DNA of 64,000 nucleotides from an uncultured Actinomycetes bacterium (GTDB lineage Bacteria > Actinomycetota > UBA4738 > HRBIN12), in assembly GCA_963825635.1 (NCBI GenBank), contig CAWGTU010000003.1:459812-523811 (forward strand), in the 5' to 3' direction. This document shows, one piece after another, positions 18,055 through 26,633 of this stretch. The first letter of the stretch is position 1. Every line of letters starts with the position of its first letter. The notes beneath the pieces were generated by a model. It searched no databases. It was not told where the DNA came from and worked only from the letters and a program-made list of their open reading frames with translations. A program made the position numbers and the translations under genes.

Positions 18055-18648
18055 ATGCGGGACGGCGATCGTGACGACCTCGAGCTGCACCGCGGCCTGT
18101 CCGCGGGCGATCGTGGCTCGTTCGACGCGCTGTACCGCCGCTACTCGTCGTCGGCGTACGGACTCGCGTATCGCATCACCGGGCAGCAGGTGCTGGCACA
18201 GGACGTGGTGCACGAGGCCTTCTTGGCGTTGTGGCGAGCGCCGGAGGCCTTCGACCCGGCGCGGGGCGCGTTCCGTACGTTCTTCCTCTCGCTCGTGCAT
18301 CACCGGGCGGTCGACACCGTGCGGCGGGAAGAGCGCATCCGCTCTCGTCAGCAACGCGCGTCGAACCTCGAGCCGGTCACCGTCGAAGACCCAGCGGAGG
18401 GCGTGACCGACGCGGCCGACCTGGCCGACCGTCGGACCGAGGTCCGTGCGGCGCTCGACACGCTCCCACCCGAACAACGACAGGTGCTCGAGATGGCGTA
18501 CTACGGCGGCAAGACGCAGGTGCAGATCGCTGAGGAGATCGACATCCCGGTCGGCACGGTGAAGACGAGGACCCTCGCGGCGATGCGCAAGCTGCGCGTC
18601 ATCCTCGATCGCACGACCACCCCCCACGACGATCCGGAGGTTCAGTGA
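18055..18648 (+). CDS. ECF-type RNA polymerase sigma-70 factor
   Basis: Sigma-70 region 2 and region 4 (QIAEEIDIPVGTVKTR); GGAGG RBS. Confidence 0.85.
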   Translation: MRDGDRDDLELHRGLSAGDRGSFDALYRRYSSSAYGLAYRITGQQVLAQDVVHEAFLALWRAPEAFDPARGAFRTFFLSLVHHRAVDTVRREERIRSRQQRASNLEPVTVEDPAEGVTDAADLADRRTEVRAALDTLPPEQRQVLEMAYYGGKTQVQIAEEIDIPVGTVKTRTLAAMRKLRVILDRTTTPHDDPEVQ

Positions 18649-19355
18649 CCGACGACCACGACGAGATCGAGGAGCTGCTGGCCGGCTACGTGCTCCGCAG
18701 CCTCTCCGGCGCCGACGCCGCCGAGGCCGACCGGCTGCTCTCCGATCATGTGCCCGGCTGCACGACGTGTCGTGACACGCTCGACGATCTCCAGCGGCTC
18801 ACCGCCGATCTGGGCCTCGCCGCGACGCCGGTGGCCCCGCCCGAGACCCTGCTTCCGCGCCTGCATCGCGAGCTCGAGCCGCAGGCGCCCCGTCGTCGCC
18901 CGTTGCAGCTGTTCGCCGTGGCGGCCGGCGTGGTGGCGGTCGTGGGACTCGCCGGGCTCACGGTCAGCCAGAACATCCGGGCGAACAACGCCGACGTGCG
19001 AGCCGACTCCCTCGCGAACGCCGCGCAGCTCGCCGCGCGCCCCGATGCCCGCATGGTCGACGTCGGGCCCGTGCAGGAGATCTCGGCGCCGGGCGAGGAA
19101 CACCTCTACGTGATGGGAGACGGCGTGCCGGCCCCGCCCGTGGGATCGGTCTATCGCGTCTGGCTCGTGACCGACGGCGTCCCGGCGTTCGCCGGCGACT
19201 TCGTCCCCGAGGGCGGCGAGGTGTTCCTCGACGTCACGTTCGACCCGAGCCGCCACGACGACCTGTGGATCTCGATCGAACCCGCCGGCGCGTCCACCGA
19301 CGCGCCCACCAGCGCCGACTGGTGGTCGGCGAGCGCGAGCGACGCCGCCGCCTGA
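18645..19355 (+). CDS. Anti-sigma factor (zinc-finger HxxxCxxC, RskA-like) with TM helix and extracytoplasmic domain
   Basis: HVPGCTTC motif, 4-bp overlap with the sigma gene, central TM helix. Confidence 0.75.
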   Translation: MTDDHDEIEELLAGYVLRSLSGADAAEADRLLSDHVPGCTTCRDTLDDLQRLTADLGLAATPVAPPETLLPRLHRELEPQAPRRRPLQLFAVAAGVVAVVGLAGLTVSQNIRANNADVRADSLANAAQLAARPDARMVDVGPVQEISAPGEEHLYVMGDGVPAPPVGSVYRVWLVTDGVPAFAGDFVPEGGEVFLDVTFDPSRHDDLWISIEPAGASTDAPTSADWWSASASDAAA

Positions 19356-19362
19356 GTCGCGG

Positions 19363-20088
19363 TCAGGTCGTCGGAACGGTCGTCGCCACCGGCGCCGCCG
19401 CAGGCCGCCCCGCCCGAAGGAACCCGAGGAACATGACGCTGATCCCCGTCGCAAGGGCCACGGAGAAGGCGGCGAGGAGGCCCAGGGCGGCGAACGCCGA
19501 CCCGAAGCCCGCGATCACGGTCGCACCGAGGGCGATCAGCAGCGTGCCGACGAACCGATCCCGCAGCTCAGGCCGGCCCCTCATGCGCCACGCCGACCAG
19601 AGCGCCCCGCCGAGCAACACGAGGTAGGAGGGGATCGAGATCAGCTGCGGCAACCGGTGCGCCGGAGACCCGTCGCCGAACACGTGCTTGCCCGACGGCA
19701 GATCCTCGGCGAGCGCCGCGGCGTCGAACGTGGCGCCGCGCAGCACCGAGACCGTGTACGCCGTCAGGAACACCAGCAGGATCCAGATCGCGGCCTGCGC
19801 GGTGCGGTTGCGCACGAGAAGCATCAACTCGCCACCCGCGAGGAACGGAACGTTGAGCACGGCCCCGAGCGCCCAGTAGAGCCGGAACTCCCCGGTCGTC
19901 CAGCCCTCGGCGACACCGAACACCACGGCGAGCGAGGCGGCCGCGTACATCGCGAGCGAGATCGCCCATGCGAGCTGGGAGGGGCGGCGCCTGGTCACGT
20001 ACTGCTTCGCGACGAGGCCGGCGAAGACGGCGGCGACCACGGCCGCGACCAGCGGGAACACCCACATGGCCCTCAGCATACGGGTCAC
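19363..20088 (-). CDS. Polytopic integral membrane protein, function unknown
   Basis: 6-7 hydrophobic helices. Position matches the membrane protein next to the sugar-phosphate isomerase barrel in the mycobacterial proC region. Confidence 0.6.
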   Translation of the reverse strand: MTRMLRAMWVFPLVAAVVAAVFAGLVAKQYVTRRRPSQLAWAISLAMYAAASLAVVFGVAEGWTTGEFRLYWALGAVLNVPFLAGGELMLLVRNRTAQAAIWILLVFLTAYTVSVLRGATFDAAALAEDLPSGKHVFGDGSPAHRLPQLISIPSYLVLLGGALWSAWRMRGRPELRDRFVGTLLIALGATVIAGFGSAFAALGLLAAFSVALATGISVMFLGFLRAGRPAAAPVATTVPTT

Positions 20089-20956
20089 GCAGCGCGCGCC
20101 TTCTCCGGCGCCCGATGCCTACGATGGTGGCGTGCGTGTGTCCGGATTGCTCTTCTCGTCGGCGGCCTTCTTCGCGAGGCCGCTCGCCAACACGTTCCGC
20201 ATCGTGGCCGAGACCGGGTTCACGGGGGTCGAGGTCATGGTCACGAAGGATCCGGCCAGCCAGGACCCGGCACGCATGCGGGCCCTGGCCGACGAGCACG
20301 GCCTCACGATCGGGGCGATCCACGCCCCGTCGCTGCTGGTGACGAGGAAGGTGTGGGGCACCGATCCGATCGGCAAGATCGACCGGGCGATCCGGGTGGC
20401 CGAGCAGGCCCAGGTGCCCGTCGTGGTGATGCACCCGCCGTTCCGATGGCAACGTCCGTACCGTCGCTGGCTCGTGGACGAGCTCCCGGTCCTCGAGGCC
20501 CGTACCGGGGTGATCGTGGCGATCGAGAACATGTTCCCCGTGCGCATGGGCCGTCGCAGCGTGACCTTCCACTCGAACCAGGACCTCGACGAGCTCGAGG
20601 GCCTGCCGCACCTGGTGCTCGACACGAGCCACGCCGCGGTCGCCGGGCACGACCTGATCGATGTGCGCAGGCGTTTCGGGGAGCGGCTCAGCCACGTGCA
20701 TCTCTCCGACAACGCAGGCAAGGGGTGGGATTCGCACCTGCCGCCCGGCGAGGGCGTACTGGATCTCGACGCATTCTGTGACGACCTCATGGAGAGCGGG
20801 TTCGCGGGGGCGGTCTCGCTCGAGGTCGATCTGCGCACGCACCTCACCGATCCGGTCCGCCTGCGCGAGGTCATGGTCGAGATGCGGGAGCGGGCCGAGC
20901 GGGCGCTCGGCATCGGTGTATCGGACCGCGCCGGGCGCGACGGCGAGGCCTGCTAG
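20066..20956 (+). CDS. Sugar phosphate isomerase/epimerase (xylose-isomerase-like TIM barrel)
   Basis: Motifs VAIENMF, HLVLDTSHAAVAGHD and LSHVHLSDN. The start may instead be the GTG at ~20132, because 20066 overlaps the divergent membrane gene. Confidence 0.75.
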   Translation: MALSIRVTQRAPSPAPDAYDGGVRVSGLLFSSAAFFARPLANTFRIVAETGFTGVEVMVTKDPASQDPARMRALADEHGLTIGAIHAPSLLVTRKVWGTDPIGKIDRAIRVAEQAQVPVVVMHPPFRWQRPYRRWLVDELPVLEARTGVIVAIENMFPVRMGRRSVTFHSNQDLDELEGLPHLVLDTSHAAVAGHDLIDVRRRFGERLSHVHLSDNAGKGWDSHLPPGEGVLDLDAFCDDLMESGFAGAVSLEVDLRTHLTDPVRLREVMVEMRERAERALGIGVSDRAGRDGEAC

Positions 20957-20968
20957 CCTGCCGCCCCC

Positions 20969-21160
20969 ATGCGCCGACAGACCCTGATCATGATCGTCGT
21001 GCTGTTGCTGCTGATCGGCGGGGCCGCGGTCGCCCAGCTCGTGATCGTGAGCGGAGGCGGCGATCCCTTCCCGGGTCCCGCGAGTCCCGGGCAGCTGCCC
21101 AGTTCCTCGGCCGATTCCTCCGCCGGTTCCTCGGCCCCACCGAGCGCGTCGGCTCCCTAG
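20969..21160 (+). CDS. Possible small single-TM protein (63 aa) with a Ser/Pro-rich tail
   Basis: ORF with one strong hydrophobic helix; no clear RBS. Confidence 0.25.
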   Translation: MRRQTLIMIVVLLLLIGGAAVAQLVIVSGGGDPFPGPASPGQLPSSSADSSAGSSAPPSASAP

Positions 21161-21946
21161 TCACTCGAGCACGACGGCGCTGCCCGCCTTCAGGCTCAGC
21201 GCCTGCGCGGCGCTGCCGTGGTTCACCACGAGGGCCAGGTACCCCTGCGAGTCGACGATCGCGGCGAGCTCGCCCTCGGGCACGTCGGCGAAGATGCCCA
21301 CCAGCGGCAGCGTTCGCCCGGAAACGGTGAACGGGGGCCCGATCCCGGCGGCCTCCAGGTCGGTCGGTCGCGCGCTCAGCTGCACGTTGCCGAACGCGTC
21401 GACCTCGATCACGCGGGTGCCGACCGCGCCGGGCGTCACCATCGCGCCGGGCATCTCCACGATCCGCAGCTCGCCCACCTCGACCGCCGGCCCGACGTGC
21501 TCGAGCGCGGATCCGGTAGCCAGGTGAGCGGCGGCGGGGGCGAACACGTCGCGTCCGTGGAACGTCTTCGACACCGGCGAGAGCATCACGCGCTCGTCCT
21601 CGATCGCGGCGGCGGCCTCGGCGCCGCCGAGGGTCTCCCACGCGAGGGAGAGCAGGCCGTTGTCCGGACCCACGAGTAGTGCCCCGGCCGCGGTCCGCAC
21701 CGCGATCGAACGGCGTTCCGAGCCGACGCCGGGGTCGACCACGGCGACGTAGACCGCGTCGTCGGGCATGTACGGGGTCGCCCGCGAGATCGTCAGCGCG
21801 CCGCGCAGCACGTCCTGGCGCGGCACGGCGTGGGTGAGGTCGATGATGCGCGCCTCGGGCGCGATGCGAGCGATCACGCCGTGACAGACACCCACGAACA
21901 CGTCCGACAACCCGTAGTCGGTGCAGAAGACGATCGGCCTCGTCAT
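21161..21946 (-). CDS. SAM hydroxide adenosyltransferase / fluorinase-chlorinase family protein (DUF62)
   Basis: IVFCTDYGLSDVFVGVCHGVI N-terminal signature and DNGLLS motif. Start computed from ORF track residue M184. Confidence 0.75.
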   Translation of the reverse strand: MTRPIVFCTDYGLSDVFVGVCHGVIARIAPEARIIDLTHAVPRQDVLRGALTISRATPYMPDDAVYVAVVDPGVGSERRSIAVRTAAGALLVGPDNGLLSLAWETLGGAEAAAAIEDERVMLSPVSKTFHGRDVFAPAAAHLATGSALEHVGPAVEVGELRIVEMPGAMVTPGAVGTRVIEVDAFGNVQLSARPTDLEAAGIGPPFTVSGRTLPLVGIFADVPEGELAAIVDSQGYLALVVNHGSAAQALSLKAGSAVVLE

Positions 21947-22719
21947 GCGCCTCCCTCGGTCGGTGCCTGCACGGGCAGGAACTGCGCGAGCCACACCGAG
22001 AGCAACCTTCGCACGTTCGGACCCTGGTTGCCGTCGAGCAGCTCCGTCCCGTGATCGTCGGAGGGCACGATCTCCACCCGCTTGGGTGGCACGCTGAGGT
22101 CGTACATGCGTTGCGCGTCGTCGGCGGCCGTCACATCGCCGTTGCCGGCGATGAAGAGCTTCGCCGAGGTGGCCGCCACGAGCGTCTCCGGCGCCACCAC
22201 GAGCCCACCGATCGCCATCGGGGCGGAGAGCGTCGCGACTGCCCCGATGCGCGCGCCCGGCTGCGCGGCGGCCACCAGGGCCGCGGTGCCTCCCATGCTG
22301 GCCCCGATCACCGCGACCCGAGGGATGCCCGTCGATCGCAGGTACCGCACCGCCGCCTGCACGTCGCGCCAGAGCACCGCGAGGTCGGTCTCTCCGCCCG
22401 AACACCCCGCGTCGCCGCCAGGACAGTAGCCGCGGAAGTTGAACGTGAGCGTGCGGTACCCCTCGTCGGCGAGGGCCTCGGCTTCCTCGAACCACGAGGA
22501 CTGGTCGGCGGGCTGCATATGCGCCAGCACGACGCCGGCCGACGCCCCCTCGGCCTCGAAGATCCGGCCCTCGAGCTCGACGCCGCCGGACGCCGTGAAG
22601 CTGACCGGACGCGAGCCCGACGACGGTGGAGGCGACGACGGACCGCAGGCCGAGAGCGCGAAGACCGCGGCCGCGATCGCGGCCGAGGACCGGACGAACC
22701 GGAACCGTGGCGCGCGCAC
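21943..22719 (-). CDS. Alpha/beta-hydrolase-fold lipoprotein (dienelactone-hydrolase-like)
   Basis: Lipobox LSAC; GASMGG nucleophile elbow. The Glu/Ala-rich N-terminal 44 aa in the ORF track is the alternate frame of the bS22 gene and was rejected. Confidence 0.6.
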   Translation of the reverse strand: MRAPRFRFVRSSAAIAAAVFALSACGPSSPPPSSGSRPVSFTASGGVELEGRIFEAEGASAGVVLAHMQPADQSSWFEEAEALADEGYRTLTFNFRGYCPGGDAGCSGGETDLAVLWRDVQAAVRYLRSTGIPRVAVIGASMGGTAALVAAAQPGARIGAVATLSAPMAIGGLVVAPETLVAATSAKLFIAGNGDVTAADDAQRMYDLSVPPKRVEIVPSDDHGTELLDGNQGPNVRRLLSVWLAQFLPVQAPTEGGA

Positions 22720-22733
22720 GAGCGTGCTCGCGC

Positions 22734-22835
22734 TTACTTGCCCAGCTTCATGCGCTGGTGCCGCGTGCGCTTCAGAAGCTTCTTGTGCTTCTTCTTGCGC
22801 ATCTTCTTGCGGCGCTTCTTGATCAGCGACGGCAA
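22734..22835 (-). CDS. 30S ribosomal protein bS22 (33 aa, translated (M)PSLIKKRRKKMRKKKHKKLLKRTRHQRMKLGK)
   Basis: About 70% identical to mycobacterial bS22 ([33 protein letters not shown]). TTG start, TAA stop. Absent from the ORF track. Confidence 0.8.
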   Translation of the reverse strand: MPSLIKKRRKKMRKKKHKKLLKRTRHQRMKLGK

Positions 22836-22847
22836 GCGGTGACCCTT

Positions 22848-23759
22848 TCACTCGGTTCCGAAGAGGTTCCGGAGGTCGACGCGCTTCACGCGGAAGCTGT
22901 CCTCCAGACGAACGGAGCCCAGTCTAAGCGCTTTCGGCGGCTCTGCCACGGGCGAGATCAGCCGCAGGCCCTGGTCCTCGGGCACGTACTCGAGGTAGCC
23001 GAGCCCGGTGAAGCCACCGGCGCCGTCGGACAGGCCCACGAGCAGACGGTCGAGCTCGTGCAGGTCGAACAGCGGCGGCAGGGTGGGCATGAACACCGTG
23101 GGCTTCACCCGGAAGCGCTGGAGGTCACCCTCGAAGTAGGCCGCCATCGCCCGTTCCCGCTGCTCGGACCGCTGATCCACGCTCGTGGCCACCACGTTCG
23201 GATGCACCGGGAGGGTGACGAGATCCACGCCGAAGAACCGCTGGATCACGCCGAGCACCGGTTCCAGCTCCTCGCCTCGCTGCAGCCCGACGACGAGGTC
23301 GGGCTCGAGCATGTCGACCTTGTAGTACTTCACGAGCTGGCCCCAGATGCCACTCACCATGGCGCTGGTGTCGACGACGATCAGGTCGGCGCCCTCGGCC
23401 CTTCCCCGGTCGCGGAGGCGAGCGAGCGCCCCGACGAGCGGGAGCACGTGCCCCTGGGGGCTGGTCGAGCCGACGAACCCGAGCGCGTCGGCGGTCGAGA
23501 GGCGATCGAGCGTGAGATCGTCGGGCTCGCGCACGTGCTTCAGACCGACGGTCGCCGGCGGCCCCACGGTCTTCTGCGCCACGTCGGCATCGAGGTAGGC
23601 GACCGTGCGACCCTGCCGCAGCGCGAACGCCGCGGTGGCCCGTGCCAGCGTGCTCTTGCCGGCGTCCAGGCCGCCGACGAACAGCACGGTGCGTGCCTCG
23701 CGGGCGGCCCGATCGACGAGCCGGTCGTGCTCGTTCACTGCGCCCCCTCCGTTCTCCAC
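22848..23759 (-). CDS. Clp1/Grc3-family P-loop polynucleotide 5'-kinase-like protein
   Basis: Walker A GGLDAGKST, a Clp1-type LDADVAQ (DxDxGQ-like) motif and Walker B LIVVDTS. Confidence 0.55.
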   Translation of the reverse strand: MENGGGAVNEHDRLVDRAAREARTVLFVGGLDAGKSTLARATAAFALRQGRTVAYLDADVAQKTVGPPATVGLKHVREPDDLTLDRLSTADALGFVGSTSPQGHVLPLVGALARLRDRGRAEGADLIVVDTSAMVSGIWGQLVKYYKVDMLEPDLVVGLQRGEELEPVLGVIQRFFGVDLVTLPVHPNVVATSVDQRSEQRERAMAAYFEGDLQRFRVKPTVFMPTLPPLFDLHELDRLLVGLSDGAGGFTGLGYLEYVPEDQGLRLISPVAEPPKALRLGSVRLEDSFRVKRVDLRNLFGTE

Positions 23760-23809
23760 GGAGGTCGGCTGAGCGCGCGTGCGCGGGAGCGGTGTCGTGT
23801 CCGCCGGAC

Positions 23810-24007
23810 TCAGCCGGCCTCGGTGTACCGCTCCGTCAGGTAGGTGTCGACGTCCTCGGAACGGAGCCGGTAGCTCCGGCCCACCCTCACGGCGGGCATC
23901 TCTCCTGTCTTGATCATGCGGTAGACGGTCATCCTGGATACGCGCAACAGGTCTGCGACCTCGTTGACGGTCTTCAGCCGAGCCTCGGTGAAGGGTTCTC
24001 GCTTCAC
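23810..24007 (-). CDS. Excisionase-family helix-turn-helix DNA-binding protein (MerR-like HTH_17)
   Basis: VNEVADLLRVSRMTVYRMIKTGEMPAVRVGRSYR. Appears orthologous in position to the HTH gene that neighbours bS22 in mycobacteria. Confidence 0.65.
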   Translation of the reverse strand: MKREPFTEARLKTVNEVADLLRVSRMTVYRMIKTGEMPAVRVGRSYRLRSEDVDTYLTERYTEAG

Positions 24008-24111
24008 GATGGCGGAATCATAGGGGGTGGACCGCCCCGCTGGATACCCCTCGGTGCGGAACCCCAGGTCAGCCACGGTGTGGGCGTCTGATGGTGGGGT
24101 TGGAACGCGAT

Positions 24112-24937
24112 TCAGAACCGTGAGGCGATCGCCTGGAAGCAGGGCCAGTACGCGTCCGGCTCGACGTGATCGTCCATCACCACGACGACGTCCGTCCGCC
24201 CCTGCGCCTTGCCCACGATGAGCGCCGGGTCGTTCACGTCCGCGATCGAGAGGGTCTCGACCCCGGCCTCGATCGCCGCCCCCGCGAAGCCGTGATCGGC
24301 CACGACGAGATCGGGCCGCTCCTCGTCGAGCATGCGCCGCATCGCGTCGGGCCGGTGGGTGTGACGCGGCTCCCGTCCGTCGGTGAGCATCGCCACGCCG
24401 CCCCAGTGGTCGACGAACCAGTCGTGGGCGAGGTGCGGGTCCCGCCACCGCTCCCCGTTCGCGAGACTCAGCACCTCGGCGCCGCGCTCGGTCAGCAGCC
24501 GGTCGATCGCGTGGTAGAGCAGCGCGAGGCCGACGGGGTGTCCGGTCGCGAGCACGACGCGCTGCGCGGTCGGTCGCGGCACGGGCGAGCCGCTCCCCCA
24601 TCGCCTCGCACGCCTCGACGATCGGCTCGGGCGCGATCTCGACCGGCCCGTACCGCGCCTCGTGGTCGATCGGCACGCCGGCGCCCTCGGCGACCAGGTC
24701 GAGGATGCCGTCGATGTCGAACGCCCCAGGGAGCCCCGAGAGTCCGAAGAGCTTGTCGGGGTCGCCGTCGATCAACATCAGGGCGTTGGCACGCACGTTG
24801 TCGAGCGGATGCGTGGCGGTGCCGGCGACGTCGCCGTCGAGCAACGCGACGGCCAACTCGTCGCGATCGTGGGGTCGTGGCGTCCATCGCTCATCGAGCG
24901 AAGGAAGCCGGGCAACGTGGCGTCCGATAACGTCCAT
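24112..24937 (-). pseudogene. Two adjacent out-of-frame ORF pieces. The 3' piece (24112..24582) resembles the N-terminal Rossmann domain of a GT-B glycosyltransferase. Possibly a disrupted or truncated gene.
   Basis: VVLATGHPVGLALLYHAIDRLLTERGAEV and RPDLVVADHGFAGAAIEAG motifs. No C-terminal GT domain precedes the next gene. The frame change lies near 24585. Confidence 0.3.
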
Positions 24938-24965
24938 GCATGGTCGATGCTAGAGGAGCTCACTC

Positions 24966-25788
24966 GTGTCGCCCGCCCTGCAGGAGCGTTCCATGGAGCT
25001 GAAGGGTGCCGTCGTGGTCGTCACCGGTGCCTCGGCCGGGATCGGCGAGGCGACCGCGGTGGCCTTCGCGAAGCGGGGCGCACGCGTCGTGCTGACCGCC
25101 CGTCGGCTGGAGCGCCTCGAAAGCGCTCTCCCACCGGATCGAAAGGGCCGGCGGTTCGTCGTTTGCGCTGCGGATCGACGTGACCGAGCCCCGTGAGGTC
25201 GCGGGACTGCCCGCGGTCGTGCGCGAGGTCTACGGGCGCCACGCCGACGTGCTCGTGAACAACGCGGGCGTCCCGGGCGGCGGCGCGATCCAGGACCTCT
25301 CCTACGACCGGATCCGCGACGTCGTCGAAGTCAACCTGCTCGGGGTGCTGTACGGGATGCGGGCGTTCCTGCCCGAGATGCTGCGCACGGGTCGGGGCCA
25401 CATCGTGAACGTGGCGTCGCTCGCCGGCAGATTCGCGACCCCCGGCACCGGCCTGTACTCGGCGACCAAGCACGCGGTGGTCGCGGCGAGCGAGTCGGCG
25501 AACTACGACGCCGAGTCCCGCGGGGTGCACGTGACCGCGGTGAACCCGGGATTCGTGGCGACGGAAGCCTTCCCACAGGACGATCTGCCCACGTGGGCGG
25601 TGATGTCGGCCGATCGCATCGCGGACGCGATCGTGAAGGTGGTCCGCGAGGGCATCGCTCCCGAGTACGCCGTGCCCCGCTGGGTCTCGCCGTTCCAAGC
25701 CTTCCGCGTGCTCACGCCCCCGCTGTACCGTTGGGGGGTGCGCCAGGCGCGACGGACAGGCGTGCGAGCGACGCAGGCGAAGCGATGA
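24966..25788 (+). CDS. Short-chain dehydrogenase/reductase (SDR) with an apparent +1 frameshift near 25115-25125
   Basis: [12 protein letters not shown] and YSATKHAV motifs. N-terminal ORF 24966..25196 and C-terminal ORF 25180..25788 are in different frames and join at [16 protein letters not shown]. Confidence 0.6.
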
Positions 25789-26084
25789 CGAGCGCGAGCA
25801 CCGCACCGGTCGAGATCGGTCGTCCCGAGACGGTCGAGGACATCGAACCCGACGTGCCCTGGATCGTGATCGTCTGGAACGACCCGATCAACCTGATGAC
25901 GTACGTGACGTGGGTCTTCCAGAAGCTGTTCGGCTACTCGCGGGCGAAGGCGGAGAAGCTGATGTGGGACGTGCACACGAAGGGCAGAGCCGTGGTGTCG
26001 AACGGCACGCGTGACGAGGCCGAGCGCGACGTCGCCCGCCTGCACGCGTACGGGCTCTGGGCGACGATGCAGAAGGACCGCTAG
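25785..26084 (+). CDS. clpS: ATP-dependent Clp protease adaptor protein ClpS
   Basis: VIVWNDPINLMTYVTWVFQKLFGYSRAKAEKLMWDVHTKGRAVV is a canonical ClpS core. Confidence 0.85.
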   Translation: MTSASTAPVEIGRPETVEDIEPDVPWIVIVWNDPINLMTYVTWVFQKLFGYSRAKAEKLMWDVHTKGRAVVSNGTRDEAERDVARLHAYGLWATMQKDR

Positions 26085-26597
26085 GTGCGTCGGCGCAAGG
26101 GGCCGGTGCAGCGCACGGGGCCCGGTCGGTTCGCGGTGCGCCTCTCCGACGGGGAGCGAGACGCCGTGCGCACGTTCACGTCGCAGCTGCGGGTGCTGCT
26201 GACGTCGGAGAGCCCCTCGAGCGACCCGGCCGTGGCTCGCCTCTTCCCACCGGCGCTGCCCGACGACGACGTGCTCGGCAACCTGGAGTACGAGCAGCAG
26301 CACGGCGACGAGCTGCTGCTCGGCAAGCTGGAGGCCCTCGATACCGTCGACCGCACCCTCGACGAACGGGAGCTCACGGAGGATGAGCTGATGGCCTGGC
26401 TCGGGTCGCTCAACTCGATCCGTCTCGTGGTCGGCACGAGGCTCGGGGTGACCGAGGAGACGACCGAGAAGGACTTCGCCGGCGACGAGCAGGGCGGCGA
26501 GATGTTCGCGCTCTACGGCTACCTGACGTGGCTCGAGGGTTGGGTGATCCAGGCCCTCGACCAGGAGCTCACCACCGACGATGCGGCCGACGCCTAA
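26085..26597 (+). CDS. Conserved actinobacterial hypothetical protein usually paired with clpS (DUF2017-like)
   Basis: GTG start overlapping the clpS stop; acidic protein. Confidence 0.45.
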   Translation: MRRRKGPVQRTGPGRFAVRLSDGERDAVRTFTSQLRVLLTSESPSSDPAVARLFPPALPDDDVLGNLEYEQQHGDELLLGKLEALDTVDRTLDERELTEDELMAWLGSLNSIRLVVGTRLGVTEETTEKDFAGDEQGGEMFALYGYLTWLEGWVIQALDQELTTDDAADA

Positions 26598-26633
26598 GTA
26601 ATCTGTTCCAGAGTAGTCGAACGGCTGGAGCGA

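Noticed and set aside
20969-21160. Confident call of the 63-aa TM ORF as a gene
   Set aside because: It has a hydrophobic helix but no RBS, and its low-complexity Ser/Pro tail is typical of GC-rich noise. It is kept only as a low-confidence feature.
21161-22495. 444-aa ORF for the SAM hydrolase
   Set aside because: The first 183 residues are Arg/Gly junk. A conserved MTRPIVFCTDYG N-terminus with an ATG at 21946 marks the real start.
21943-22851. Full 302-aa ORF for the alpha/beta hydrolase, including the EAPQEDAQEEAQEA N-terminus
   Set aside because: The N-terminal 44 aa are the out-of-frame shadow of the bS22 gene. A lipoprotein signal with a GTG start at ~22719 gives a coherent protein.
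23810-24007. Excisionase-family HTH as evidence of a prophage or integrative element
   Set aside because: There is no integrase, attachment-site repeats or phage genes nearby. The gene sits in the block conserved next to bS22 and proC in mycobacteria, so it is treated as a chromosomal regulator.
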